Positions 19,653 through 28,866 of a stretch of 64,000 nucleotides of DNA are shown here, piece by piece. The notes under the pieces are model-generated. The model was not told the DNA's origin. It was given only the letters and a program-made list of their open reading frames with translations, and searched no databases. Position numbers and translations under genes: made by a program. Source of the DNA: Peptococcaceae bacterium. Its GTDB lineage: Bacteria > Bacillota > Peptococcia > Peptococcales > BICA1-8. The stretch covers positions 168,542 to 232,541 of the forward strand of contig JBMNCQ010000055.1 in the NCBI GenBank assembly GCA_049366715.1, written 5' to 3'. Each line of letters opens with the position of its first letter. The stretch's first letter is position 1.

Positions 19653-19655
19653 ATC

Positions 19656-20624
19656 TCAATACAGTCCTTCTGCAATCAGGTCGGGATACGTTATGTTATT
19701 CTTAAGCAGGTCTTTTTCCTGCAGCCAGGTTAAAACATCATTAACTTCCTTTTCTTGCGGAAGCCGGGGTAAGGGAAATAGGGGCAATTTATATTCAGCC
19801 TGAATAGGCTCAGGAACCTTGGCCTGTTCGACCAAGAGACTGCGGTAGGCCTCCGGATCTCTATTATATTCCTCCACTGCCTTACTATAAGCACTGAAGA
19901 AATTTTTAAGAGCAGTTGATTTTTCCCGGATGCTTTCATTAAGCATTACTAAAACCACCTGGGATAAATTGGCCCGGGCAGTATTATCGCCAAAAACTTT
20001 CGCTCCCTGAAATTCTGCGAAAGCAGCCAGCGGATCGGGCAGGGTAGCGGCATCAACCTGTCCGTTCAGAAGCATTTCCAGCCGGACGGGTAATTTAGGC
20101 ACAACCACTTTTTCTACTTGCCGGGGGCTTATCCCCGCTTCCTGTAAAAGTCCGTCTGTCACGTACTCAATAATGGTATTATTGGTTATCCCTATTTTCT
20201 TGCCCTGTAGCTCTTGTAAACTGTCAACTTCCTTCCCGGGGGCCGTTAAAATGGCAAACCGCCCTTCTGCCGGTGTTACACCTGATGTTAAGGTGGTGAT
20301 TTTAATGTCTAAGCCGGAAGCTTTTAAAAGTGCTGCGACAATCAAATCGGTAATTACGCCGTCCAGCTGGCCGGATTGCAAAGCACTCTCTTTTTCCACG
20401 GCACTTTGGAAAGGAACGAGCTCCACCTTAATTTTTTGTTCTGCAAAGAACCCCTTTTGGTCGCCTACAAGAAACGGCATGGTATCTTCAACAGGTAGAA
20501 TCCCTATTTTTAAAATTGTAACCGGCTCTGCCTGCTCCTCTTGTTTTTTAGAACACCCCGGCGTCAGAGCCAGAATGAAGATAAGCACAATGATGAGGGC
20601 AATAATCTTGCTGTTTTTTTGCAT
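19656..20624 (-). CDS. ABC transporter substrate-binding lipoprotein (NMT1/sulfonate-nitrate type)
   Basis: 322 aa; signal peptide plus lipobox LTPGC; periplasmic-binding fold typical of NitT/TauT systems. Confidence 0.8.
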   Translation of the reverse strand: MQKNSKIIALIIVLIFILALTPGCSKKQEEQAEPVTILKIGILPVEDTMPFLVGDQKGFFAEQKIKVELVPFQSAVEKESALQSGQLDGVITDLIVAALLKASGLDIKITTLTSGVTPAEGRFAILTAPGKEVDSLQELQGKKIGITNNTIIEYVTDGLLQEAGISPRQVEKVVVPKLPVRLEMLLNGQVDAATLPDPLAAFAEFQGAKVFGDNTARANLSQVVLVMLNESIREKSTALKNFFSAYSKAVEEYNRDPEAYRSLLVEQAKVPEPIQAEYKLPLFPLPRLPQEKEVNDVLTWLQEKDLLKNNITYPDLIAEGLY

Positions 20625-20641
20625 TGTTATCCTCCATTTAA

Positions 20642-21565
20642 CTAAAATAAGCTGATGATCAACCCTATTGCTACCATAAATCCAAAAAGTGTATTTAATT
20701 TGGCCGTTTTGGCCATAGCCAACATCATTTCAGCAGGTAAACTTTTGCTTCTGAAACCCCGGACAGCGCCGCCGGCATGGGGCAGAGTCAAAAAAACTAA
20801 TAAAAGCCAGGGGCTAAAAACCCCGCTTATCACAAGGCCGGCTATCCAGAGATAAGAGATCGTAAACATTCCTGCCAGAAATCCCACCGCCCGGGATTTG
20901 CCCAGGAGAATAGCCAAAGTTTTGCGTCCGCTTTCTTTATCCCCATCCAGGTCACGAATATTATTGGACATTAATATTGCCCCGATCAGGATCCCCGGAG
21001 GAACCGACAATAAAAATAAGTGCCAATTAAGCAAGCCTGTTTGAATATAAAAAGATATTAAAATGATTACCGGACCCATAAAAAATCCGGCAAATAACTC
21101 CCCGAAGGGTGTATAGGCAATTGGATAAGGCCCTCCGGTATACAGATACCCGACAGCCATACATAATACACCCACCAGAGCAATAACAAAGCTTGTCCGT
21201 AAACAAATGTACAGTCCCAAAAGCAGGGCCGACGCATAAAATGCTAAAGCAATGCCTAACACGGTCCGGGGGCTTATTCCGTAGCGGACAATCGTTCCTC
21301 CGATTCCCACCGACTCAGCCGTATCCAGCCCCCGCTTAAAGTCATAATACTCATTAAACATATTGGTAGCGGTCTGGATAAGAAGACTGGCCGTCAGCAT
21401 GGCTCCGAAGAGCAGAAAATCGATACCCCTTTCCTTTAAAGCAAAAACCGTCCCGATTAATACCGGTACAAAAGCCGCAGTAAGTGTATGGGGGCGTAAA
21501 AGCAGCCACCAGACTTGCCAGCTTGCTTGTTTAACAGTTTGTTCTTTTGGCGCATTAACAGGCAT
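20642..21565 (-). CDS. menA: 1,4-dihydroxy-2-naphthoate polyprenyltransferase (UbiA superfamily)
   Basis: 307 aa, about 8 TM helices; Asp-rich motifs NEYYDFKRGLD and NNIRDLDGD. Confidence 0.8.
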   Translation of the reverse strand: MPVNAPKEQTVKQASWQVWWLLLRPHTLTAAFVPVLIGTVFALKERGIDFLLFGAMLTASLLIQTATNMFNEYYDFKRGLDTAESVGIGGTIVRYGISPRTVLGIALAFYASALLLGLYICLRTSFVIALVGVLCMAVGYLYTGGPYPIAYTPFGELFAGFFMGPVIILISFYIQTGLLNWHLFLLSVPPGILIGAILMSNNIRDLDGDKESGRKTLAILLGKSRAVGFLAGMFTISYLWIAGLVISGVFSPWLLLVFLTLPHAGGAVRGFRSKSLPAEMMLAMAKTAKLNTLFGFMVAIGLIISLF

Positions 21566-21723
21566 TTTTTTCCTCCAAATAATTAAAAATATTCTTCACC
21601 TTTACTTAGTTTGGCAATATATTATTATTAATCCTGACAATTTAATTAAAATCTTTCTCCATCATTTTCAAATTTAACATAATTTTTTTTGAAAGGCTAG
21701 TTAAAAAAAATTTTTACCCTTTA

Positions 21724-21751
21724 ACCATTTTACACTTCTTTTCATAGGATA
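21724..21751 (+). promoter_or_regulatory. sigmaK/E-type promoter candidate
   Basis: AC-N17-CATAGGATA, 59 nt upstream of ATG at 21810. Confidence 0.45.
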
Positions 21752-21809
21752 TATTGAACAAATATATAGGATAAAAATCCTTTTATCAAACTATTAAGGA
21801 GGTTAAAAT

Positions 21810-22526
21810 ATGACTGATAACTTAAGGCAAGAACAGCAGGTTCAACCCGGGCCTTGTCCCCTTGACCCGGAAACCGGTATCCCGGTCTGCCCCCCACCTA
21901 CGGAAATAGACATTATTAAAGTCAATAAAGTTTTTAATGAATGTATGCACACGCAAGTAGTTGAAGGTGTCATTACCGGCTGGACTACTGCCAATACTAC
22001 AGATGCTACTGAAGCGTCCTGTGATTCTGTCTCAGTAAGTAATGTTACCTGTACTGTTTTAAACGGTAACGATATTGTAAGGGTAACCTTTGAGCTTCAG
22101 GTATGTGCAACTGTACCTTTAGACACCGGCGGCGTTCAGAGATTATGTGCAACTGAAACGGTGACCCGGACCTTAGCTATTGAGAGAGCAAGTGAAGAAG
22201 GCTTAAACGTCCAGTGCCATATCTTCCCGGAATGTTTGTTCTGCTATATCTCGGAAAGGGACAGCGCAACCGGCGGGGTAGAAGCCGTAACTTGTTGTGT
22301 AGGTGTGCTGATTTTATTAAAAGTTGATGCTGAAGTACAATTATTAATTCCTACTTATGGGTATCCCGGACCACCGCCCGAATGTGAAGAATTCTTAGGT
22401 GAGTGCCCGACAGACTTTAATCCGGATTGGCCCCCCTATCCCCCTCAGCTGCTGTTTGGTACTTCCGCAGCGAAAAAAGGCAACGGCACATATGTAAGAG
22501 CTCAGAAAAAAGGATGTAAAAAATAA
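21810..22526 (+). CDS. Cys-rich conserved hypothetical protein, paralog of 14685..15380
   Basis: 238 aa; same conserved blocks as the 14685 product; TAAGGAGG RBS. Confidence 0.75.
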   Translation: MTDNLRQEQQVQPGPCPLDPETGIPVCPPPTEIDIIKVNKVFNECMHTQVVEGVITGWTTANTTDATEASCDSVSVSNVTCTVLNGNDIVRVTFELQVCATVPLDTGGVQRLCATETVTRTLAIERASEEGLNVQCHIFPECLFCYISERDSATGGVEAVTCCVGVLILLKVDAEVQLLIPTYGYPGPPPECEEFLGECPTDFNPDWPPYPPQLLFGTSAAKKGNGTYVRAQKKGCKK

Positions 22527-22533
22527 TTATCTT

Positions 22534-22555
22534 CCCCGCGGCAGCGGGGTTTTTT
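22534..22555 (+). terminator. rho-independent terminator
   Basis: CCCCGC-GGCA-GCGGGG-TTTTTT. Confidence 0.85.
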
Positions 22556-22813
22556 GTTATTTATCAGATACCTCTCCGGAAAATAATTACTTTAAGACAC
22601 CCGCCGGGATATTCCTCAGACCGATAAGATACTTTTATGGAGGTGCAGCCCGTTTTTTATTTTTGTGCTTACCCGTCTATTATGTGCAGCTGCAGATAAT
22701 CCGGAGATATTATTCCTTGTTTTACCTCCTGAAAAAAATGGTCTCTCCGGAAATTCCTGCTCTTTATTCAACTATTAACAAATTAATCATAAATTATAAG
22801 TAGAGGTGATAAT

Positions 22814-23218
22814 ATGACAACAAAAAAACCACAGCATCATAAGCAATGTGGTTGGCCATACTACGCAATACAGCAAGCCTCTACAACAAATCAGCCTGCT
22901 CTTACAAATGATCTGGTTATTATCGCAGACTGCGTAGCTAATGCTTATGAGAAACTTAATGACGACTTTCTGAAAGAAAAAAACATCGATTTATTGTGCC
23001 CTAAGATTGATAATAACAACCACTGCATCCAAAAACTCAGTAACTTGATCAAACAATACAACATCACAAAAATCATTACCGTAGAAATGGAATTGAAATG
23101 CTGTGGCATCTTAACAAAGCTGGTCAAGCAAGCTGTCGAAAATACCAATCGGAACATTATCATAAAAGAAAAAATTGTGACCAAAAATGGCCAATTAAAA
23201 GAAAAAGGAACGAAATGA
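22814..23218 (+). CDS. hypothetical protein (134 aa, several Cys)
   Basis: ORF with AGAGGTGA RBS; no family recognised. Confidence 0.45.
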   Translation: MTTKKPQHHKQCGWPYYAIQQASTTNQPALTNDLVIIADCVANAYEKLNDDFLKEKNIDLLCPKIDNNNHCIQKLSNLIKQYNITKIITVEMELKCCGILTKLVKQAVENTNRNIIIKEKIVTKNGQLKEKGTK

Positions 23219-23349
23219 CGATTCAGGTAATTTCATTAATCACCTGCTTACCTGTCACTAGTCCCTGATTACTATAATCTATATTTTATATAACGCAAAG
23301 TATCAGATGGGAACCAAAAAACCGCTAACCACCAGTATGTATACCACCT

Positions 23350-23386
23350 AAAAGCTTGTTGACGGAATACCTGTCAACAAGCTTTT
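23350..23386. terminator. bidirectional terminator
   Basis: AAAAGCTTGTTGAC-GGAATACCT-GTCAACAAGCTTTT. Confidence 0.8.
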
Positions 23387-23401
23387 AAGGTTAGCTCTTG
23401 C

Positions 23402-24184
23402 CTATTTTGCTGTAAATATTTCCGTTACATACAAGGTTGAACCGTTTTTATAATCGACACCAATTCCTACATAAGTGTACCCTTCATTTAAAATAGCTGC
23501 CCGGTGTACGGAACTATTCATAAACCCTTGATGAGCTTTCGTAACACTTGAAGTTTTACCTAAATTTTCACCTGCATAGCGAAAATCTACTCCACCATTT
23601 TTCAGCATTGTAGATACTTTTCCGTAAGTTGGTGATTCATGAGCAAAATAGTTATTCTCGATCATATCGTTTGTTTTAACATCTGCCCATTCCGCAAGCT
23701 CTGCATCATAAATAAGCGGGTCTAAACCTTGAGCGGCTCTTTCTTGATTAATCAGTTCAAACAATTGCTGCTCTTCTGCCGATGTTGCACCGGAATCCTG
23801 TGAAGGCTCCGTTGGATCAGGTTCAGCAGGTGTAGGGTCCGGCTGAGGTTCCGGAGTAGGTGTAGAATGATTACCGTTATAATACTTATTATAATAGTAA
23901 TAGGGATTGGACCAATAATTCGGAGCTGCTGTTGTTGCCGCAGGTTCCTGGGTCTCGGGCTCCGCAGATTCTGTTTCCTCTTCTGTTGCCGGAGCTTGTG
24001 TATCCGTATCGGTATCGGTTCCTGTTCCATAATATTTTGCATACCATTCAGGACTTAACCACTGGTTGGTTGCAGCTTCCACCGGGCTTGTCCCCAAACC
24101 GATAAAAACAAATGCAGATAAAAATAAAACAACTAAGCCGGTTTTAACTAGGCTTCTCAATAAAATCCCCTCCATTTTGATCAT
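23402..24184 (-). CDS. secreted CAP/SCP-domain protein (YkwD-like) with TD-repeat and Pro/Glu-rich linker
   Basis: 260 aa; signal peptide; GTDTDTDTQ and PEPQPDPTPAEPDPTEP linker; C-terminal ...LINQERAAQGL..L......A......M......F.H.S..G... CAP-like domain. Confidence 0.7.
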   Translation of the reverse strand: MIKMEGILLRSLVKTGLVVLFLSAFVFIGLGTSPVEAATNQWLSPEWYAKYYGTGTDTDTDTQAPATEEETESAEPETQEPAATTAAPNYWSNPYYYYNKYYNGNHSTPTPEPQPDPTPAEPDPTEPSQDSGATSAEEQQLFELINQERAAQGLDPLIYDAELAEWADVKTNDMIENNYFAHESPTYGKVSTMLKNGGVDFRYAGENLGKTSSVTKAHQGFMNSSVHRAAILNEGYTYVGIGVDYKNGSTLYVTEIFTAK

Positions 24185-24396
24185 AAATATTACCGTCTTT
24201 CATAATTTTAGCCCCTGAAAATAAAGATAGTGCCGGGGACAACTTAACCTTTGCAGCACGTTGTTTCATTCTAAAGCATTAAAAGTTTCTTGACAACGTT
24301 TATATCGGCTCCCTATATGTATTATATCTCTAGTATCGGGGGCATACTTCTAAAATCCCCCCGCCTTTTAAAGTATCGCCTCCCATCCTATTATTG

Positions 24397-25926
24397 CTAG
24401 ATCCTTCTTCGAAAAGGAAATTGAGGATATGGTTTCCGGCTTTTCATTTCTAATTCTTTAAGGTTTTTCACAAGTGCTTTGTTTTCATCTTCTTTTTCCA
24501 TAAATTTATTTCTCAGCTGATTATTTGTGGCTTTTACTACCTCCAGGCTCTGCCTCAGCTTCAGAACTTCTTCCGTTAAATTTTGCAGTTTCTCAACTTC
24601 CTGTTGCAGCTGTTTTTTTTGGTCCTGCTCCTTTTGCAGAGCCTGCTGCAAATTGTCAATTTCCAGAGCCTGTAAAGCTTCCTTTTCTTGCAGAACATTA
24701 ACCTGGTGCGTTTTTTTACTATTTTCCTCTTCCAGCCTGCTTATTAAGCTATTTAGCCCGGCAATTTTTTCTTCCCGGGACCTGTCATTAACCCTATTCC
24801 TTGCAGAAGATTGCCCGAAATTTTTATAATATTTGATCACTTTCCGCCTTTCCCGGCTTAATGGCGGGTTGACTTCCTCCCCGGACTGCTGACCGGCAGC
24901 ATCCTTCAGCAATAAGAATACCGCCGTACTATCCGGCTCTAGCGCCGCTAAATCAATCCCCGGATATTGATCAATATCCAAAGCTAACCGTTTAGCAAAA
25001 TATTTTACCGGCATGAATTGTGTTGTTAACTGCCGGGCGGCCGCGTACTTGTGGATATACTCATTCTCCTGCCAGAAAATTTCTATTTCCGCACCGTTCA
25101 GATAAATAAGAGGTGATAAAGAGACACCTTCTTTAGATGATATGCACTGTTCTTTGAGCCAGCCGGAATTAAGCCAGACTCCTTTCGTTTTGAACTTCCG
25201 GGTATACATGACTCTGGCATTCATATGCTCCAGCCGCAGCCAGGTGATATGCAGATTACCCTCTTGGTCAAAGAGGGCCGCAGGATTAATATTGATACCT
25301 TGTGAAGATGTTATGACACTTTTTAAGCCCCACTGGCTCTCTTTACCCATCCGGTAAACTAACTGGTACTTTCCTTTCTGATAAATCTGGTAGATGAGAT
25401 AAAGGACATCTCCCTGCGTAACGGCAGCACACCCTCCCGGTCCGTTTCCCCAGCCTTTATCAATAACAAAAGAGTCCTGCCACAGCCCATCTCTTTTAAA
25501 ACAGCACCGGATCTTCCACTCTTTCGTCTGGAAATTTTCCGTAATAATGATTACATACATCTTGTCCCCACTAAAACCTATTTTTTGAAAAGTAATCTTA
25601 TCCCTTTTTTCCAGCCCGATATTAATTATTTCAGGAGAATCTTCGCCCAAAGAATGACATATGATCTGCTCCAGATGATTTTTATAACTAATATAGAAAT
25701 GATTAGCAGGACTTACCCCCATCGTAAATAAACCTGAAAAATCTTTTCTTAGCTCCCGGAAACGGCTTTCTCCAGGATAATAAATATAAAAAGAACCGTC
25801 CTCCACCTTTAGTGTCCATTCTTGCCCGAGTCCTATAATCTCCAGTTGATTAGAGCCAAAAAGACCGTAATTTTCCTCCATTTCAGCACCACCTAAATAA
25901 TTAAACTCCCATTGTATCTTATTCAA
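24397..25926 (-). CDS. hypothetical 509-aa protein: beta-rich N-terminal region plus about 130-aa C-terminal coiled coil
   Basis: C-terminus LQEKEALQALEIDNLQQALQKEQDQKKQLQQEVEKLQNLTEEVLKLRQSLE...; no enzymatic motif. Confidence 0.6.
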   Translation of the reverse strand: MNKIQWEFNYLGGAEMEENYGLFGSNQLEIIGLGQEWTLKVEDGSFYIYYPGESRFRELRKDFSGLFTMGVSPANHFYISYKNHLEQIICHSLGEDSPEIINIGLEKRDKITFQKIGFSGDKMYVIIITENFQTKEWKIRCCFKRDGLWQDSFVIDKGWGNGPGGCAAVTQGDVLYLIYQIYQKGKYQLVYRMGKESQWGLKSVITSSQGININPAALFDQEGNLHITWLRLEHMNARVMYTRKFKTKGVWLNSGWLKEQCISSKEGVSLSPLIYLNGAEIEIFWQENEYIHKYAAARQLTTQFMPVKYFAKRLALDIDQYPGIDLAALEPDSTAVFLLLKDAAGQQSGEEVNPPLSRERRKVIKYYKNFGQSSARNRVNDRSREEKIAGLNSLISRLEEENSKKTHQVNVLQEKEALQALEIDNLQQALQKEQDQKKQLQQEVEKLQNLTEEVLKLRQSLEVVKATNNQLRNKFMEKEDENKALVKNLKELEMKSRKPYPQFPFRRRI

Positions 25927-25976
25927 GCCAAACGGCCGCTATGAAAAAAATTCACTTTAATTTTCAATATAGGATA

Positions 25977-26003
25977 ACAAAAAAAAGCGATTCCCATAAG
26001 ATA
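25977..26003 (+). promoter_or_regulatory. sigmaK/E-type promoter candidate
   Basis: AC-N16-CATAAGATA, 42 nt upstream of ATG at 26045. Confidence 0.45.
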
Positions 26004-26044
26004 TAATGAGTAACCTTAATTACAGTGGAAAGGAGGAACCTCGC

Positions 26045-26194
26045 ATGGCAGAAGCTGTAGGTCAATATGGATATGGATATGGATGTAATGCATTTTGTAA
26101 TGAATTTTTCTTTGAAACATTATTAATGATTATCATTATTATGTGGTTGTTAAAATGGCTCTTTGGATTTGGTTTTGACGGAGCTTACTGTTAG
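26045..26194 (+). CDS. tiny membrane protein, family A (49 aa)
   Basis: MAEAVGQYGYGYGCNAFCNEFFFETLLMIIIIMWLLKWLFGFGFDGAYC; AAAGGAGG RBS; the track ORF 26006..26194 is an N-terminal over-extension. Confidence 0.75.
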   Translation: MAEAVGQYGYGYGCNAFCNEFFFETLLMIIIIMWLLKWLFGFGFDGAYC

Positions 26195-26373
26195 ATTTTA
26201 AAAAATCCCTCTCCTGACCATGGGGACATATCCCAACCTGTAAAATCAGGGATACTCCCTGGCCCGATGTTATCCCTGTAAGAATAGATATTCCCTGTTC
26301 TCTTGAGGAGATATGTCCCTTTTCCATGCTAAGCATTTATGCCAATTTTTTTTCGAAAGGAGGGCCAGTATTT

Positions 26374-26847
26374 ATGCCGCAAGATAGAAATAAAGATCCT
26401 AAAAACATGAGAGGCTTTGACCCCAATACAATTTACTCCCTGTTTGATTCCTTCAACAACTTGAGTAATGCCTTTAAACAACTAAACTTACCCAATATGA
26501 CTAAATTCCTTTATTTTAACCCCCCTAATCCTGCTCATAAGCCTAAAGGAGGTAAAAAATATTTTAAGCCTGCTAAGCCCACTAAACCTGCAAAACCCGG
26601 CAAACCACAAAAACCTCTGAACTTTAACGGTTTTTTGAAAGCCTTTTCCGATGGTTTAAATGCCTTAAATTTTTCGAATCCTTTTAGGCTAAAGAGACAA
26701 CCAGGTTCTTTTCCCCGTTCATCCAGAAGAATCATTGTCAAAAGGACCTTTCTGTCTAATCAATTAATTGTTGTAAAACCGCCGGGGTATACAGAAAAAG
26801 ACACTCCGGAGGAAATCATAACGGAGGAAACCATAACCGAGGAATAA
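26374..26847 (+). CDS. Lys/Pro-rich low-complexity protein (157 aa)
   Basis: Start set at MPQDRNK (AAAGGAGGG 9 nt upstream); HKPKGGKKYFKPAKPTKPAKPGKPQKP tract. Confidence 0.55.
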   Translation: MPQDRNKDPKNMRGFDPNTIYSLFDSFNNLSNAFKQLNLPNMTKFLYFNPPNPAHKPKGGKKYFKPAKPTKPAKPGKPQKPLNFNGFLKAFSDGLNALNFSNPFRLKRQPGSFPRSSRRIIVKRTFLSNQLIVVKPPGYTEKDTPEEIITEETITEE

Positions 26848-26984
26848 ACTCTGTTGAGTGTCTCCTCCAGGCCCTTTATGAACCGAATCTTGCTATTATC
26901 TTCCCTGGTCACTGTACAACACTACCGATCAGGATTAGATCCGTTTCAAAAAATAGAAGAAAGGCACCCAAATGGATGCCTTTT

Positions 26985-27335
26985 TTATTCTTCCTCCACT
27001 TTTGCCATTTCTGCTTCCGCTATTTCTTCAACTACCTCGGCTATCTCTTCTGCTGCCTCATCCATAGGTTCTACCTGTGCTTCCGGCTGATACCCCTTTT
27101 TACTTTTTTCTGCCGGTCTTACCGGTTTTCTAGGTGCAAAAATACCTGCTATTTTACTGCTTCCTTTGGCGACTATTTCTATCTGAGGTGCGAAATTTTC
27201 TATAGAGCTTAAAAGTTGATCAAAGTTATCAGCGAACATCCTTAAATTATTTGTTACTCCCTTTAGATTAGAGACAGTCCTAAGCAAGGGCTTTGTTCTA
27301 CTGAGATTTTCATAACCTTTGCCATACTGTGACAT
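26985..27335 (-). CDS. hypothetical protein with FAD-x2-D-x-LL-x-S-x-E motif and acidic tail (116 aa)
   Basis: AAAGGAGG RBS; motif region SNLKGVTNNLRMFADNFDQLLSSIENFAPQIEIV aligns with the 28125 product; 28 nt downstream of 27364..27777. Confidence 0.6.
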   Translation of the reverse strand: MSQYGKGYENLSRTKPLLRTVSNLKGVTNNLRMFADNFDQLLSSIENFAPQIEIVAKGSSKIAGIFAPRKPVRPAEKSKKGYQPEAQVEPMDEAAEEIAEVVEEIAEAEMAKVEEE

Positions 27336-27363
27336 CTTCTTCCTCCTTTCAATTCAGCAAACA

Positions 27364-27777
27364 TCAATCATAACTGAATAACCATTTTAAAAGCCAAAAA
27401 ATAATAATTTGCATGAAAAGCGCTTCAAAAAAGCAATTATTGTTACATACCCTTTCCGGAAATGCTTCATAACCTACAGCTTCATCTTCTTCCTCCAGGG
27501 TTACCGGATGATTAACTTCAACATTTTCAGCCGGTGGTAAATGAGCTCCTAAACCATAGGCTTTCACCGGTTTTTGAGGCGGAAATACATTTTTCAGAAT
27601 TCCCTTTGTTACTCCTGTAAGAAGACTTTGCCCGGACCTGGGAGTTTTGGGGAATTCTTTGCTGCTATTAACAGGATTCTTCTGCATTTCTTGCTTTGCT
27701 ATGTTTATTTTTTCCCGGGGCTTTTTATCTTGTAAACTGTTGTGCTTTTGATTCCCATAAGTATCTAACTCAGCCAT
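27364..27777 (-). CDS. 137-aa protein whose C-terminus is a family-A tiny-TM module (fusion form)
   Basis: C-terminal CNNNCFFEALFMQIIIFWLLKWLFSYD* matches stand-alone family A peptides; TAGGAGGGG RBS. Confidence 0.7.
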   Translation of the reverse strand: MAELDTYGNQKHNSLQDKKPREKINIAKQEMQKNPVNSSKEFPKTPRSGQSLLTGVTKGILKNVFPPQKPVKAYGLGAHLPPAENVEVNHPVTLEEEDEAVGYEAFPERVCNNNCFFEALFMQIIIFWLLKWLFSYD

Positions 27778-27813
27778 CCTCTGCTACCCCTCCTAAAAAA
27801 ACATTTACACTAA

Positions 27814-27841
27814 TATAATATGTAGAACATTAAGTACTTGT
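27814..27841 (-). promoter_or_regulatory. sigmaK/E-type promoter candidate
   Basis: Minus strand AC-N17-CATATTATA, 37 nt upstream of ATG at 27777. Confidence 0.45.
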
Positions 27842-28066
27842 TTGCAGAATATAGCAATTAACTCAGGGCCACTTACTTTTTTCCCGGTACTTATGAATGA
27901 TAAAAAATCTGAATTGTTACTATTTTTTTACCACTGCATGAGAAAGTAATTTTTTTAACCGGCATCTGTCTCACTTAAATATTGAGAAAACAGTACTGAT
28001 CTAAAATTTGCACTTCTTTAAAATTGCTTCCAATAAAAAATCCACTTTTATATTTTTATATTTGTC

Positions 28067-28094
28067 ACATTTTATGAATTAATTCCATAAAATA
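28067..28094 (+). promoter_or_regulatory. sigmaK/E-type promoter candidate
   Basis: AC-N17-CATAAAATA, 31 nt upstream of ATG at 28125. Confidence 0.45.
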
Positions 28095-28124
28095 AGGTAA
28101 ATCTTAAGCGAAGGAGTGTGACAG

Positions 28125-28712
28125 ATGCCCCGCTACAGAAAAATAACACCTGTAAATATTAATGAGCAAGAACGAATTCTAAGTGAAAAGTTCAATCAGA
28201 ATAGACCTAAGTACAAAAAAACAGTAAGGAGAACCCAGAGACCTAATGAAAATCCTTTATTACCTTTATACCAATTAAAAACCAAACTACAACGTTCTTT
28301 TGAAAATAGAAGCACCCAGGAAGTCGTCTTTGATACTTGTAAAAGTTTAAGAGGGATCTGCGGTCAAGTCCGGTCTTTTGCCGATGAAGTTGATAACCTC
28401 CTAGGTTCGGTAGAATCCATTGTTCCGGTTATGGAAACAGTAGTATCCAGCTATGCCCGTTCTTTAAAAAATAAAGAGCAGCCCATTTTAGAGAAAGATA
28501 AAATCCCTGCGGAGGAAACAAACAAGGCCAAAGAAGACCAAAGTACTGATAACGAAAATCCAATCCGGGAAAATACAGCTGATAAAACTTCCAAAATGCC
28601 TGCCAAAATGCCGTCGGAAATGGAAATCAAAGAGTTCCTGAACAATCCCCTGGTGGCAAGTTTACTACAAAATTTAACGCAAAAGATGATGACAAATAAA
28701 CAGCAGCAGTGA
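28125..28712 (+). CDS. hypothetical 195-aa protein sharing the FAD-x2-D-x-LL-x-S-x-E motif
   Basis: KSLRGICGQVRSFADEVDNLLGSVESIVPVMETV (14/34 identical to the 26985 product by eye); GAAGGAG RBS. Confidence 0.6.
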   Translation: MPRYRKITPVNINEQERILSEKFNQNRPKYKKTVRRTQRPNENPLLPLYQLKTKLQRSFENRSTQEVVFDTCKSLRGICGQVRSFADEVDNLLGSVESIVPVMETVVSSYARSLKNKEQPILEKDKIPAEETNKAKEDQSTDNENPIRENTADKTSKMPAKMPSEMEIKEFLNNPLVASLLQNLTQKMMTNKQQQ

Positions 28713-28833
28713 ACCGGTTCCGTCCGGTTAATCGTCTATAGCTAAGAGCAGGTAGCTCATACAACAGTCAGCCGGTGACACCAGATATTCCTTCACTGAG
28801 CGGCTGTTTTTTTTACCCTTTTTATTTTTCCAC

Positions 28834-28864
28834 AAAAAATACCCCTCGGTAAGGGGTATTTTTA
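28834..28864. terminator. bidirectional terminator
   Basis: AAAAAATACCCCT-CGGT-AAGGGGTATTTTT between convergent genes. Confidence 0.75.
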
Positions 28865-28866
28865 AG

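Noticed and set aside
23752-24058. ORFs overlapping the linker of the CAP-domain gene.
   Set aside because: They are shadow frames of the repetitive TD- and Pro/Glu-rich linker.
26854-27212. Plus-strand ORFs 26854..27090 and 26976..27212, antisense to 26985..27335.
   Set aside because: They have no RBS. The minus-strand ORF has AAAGGAGG and shares a motif with the 28125 product. The acidic-tail codon repeats create a spurious antisense frame.
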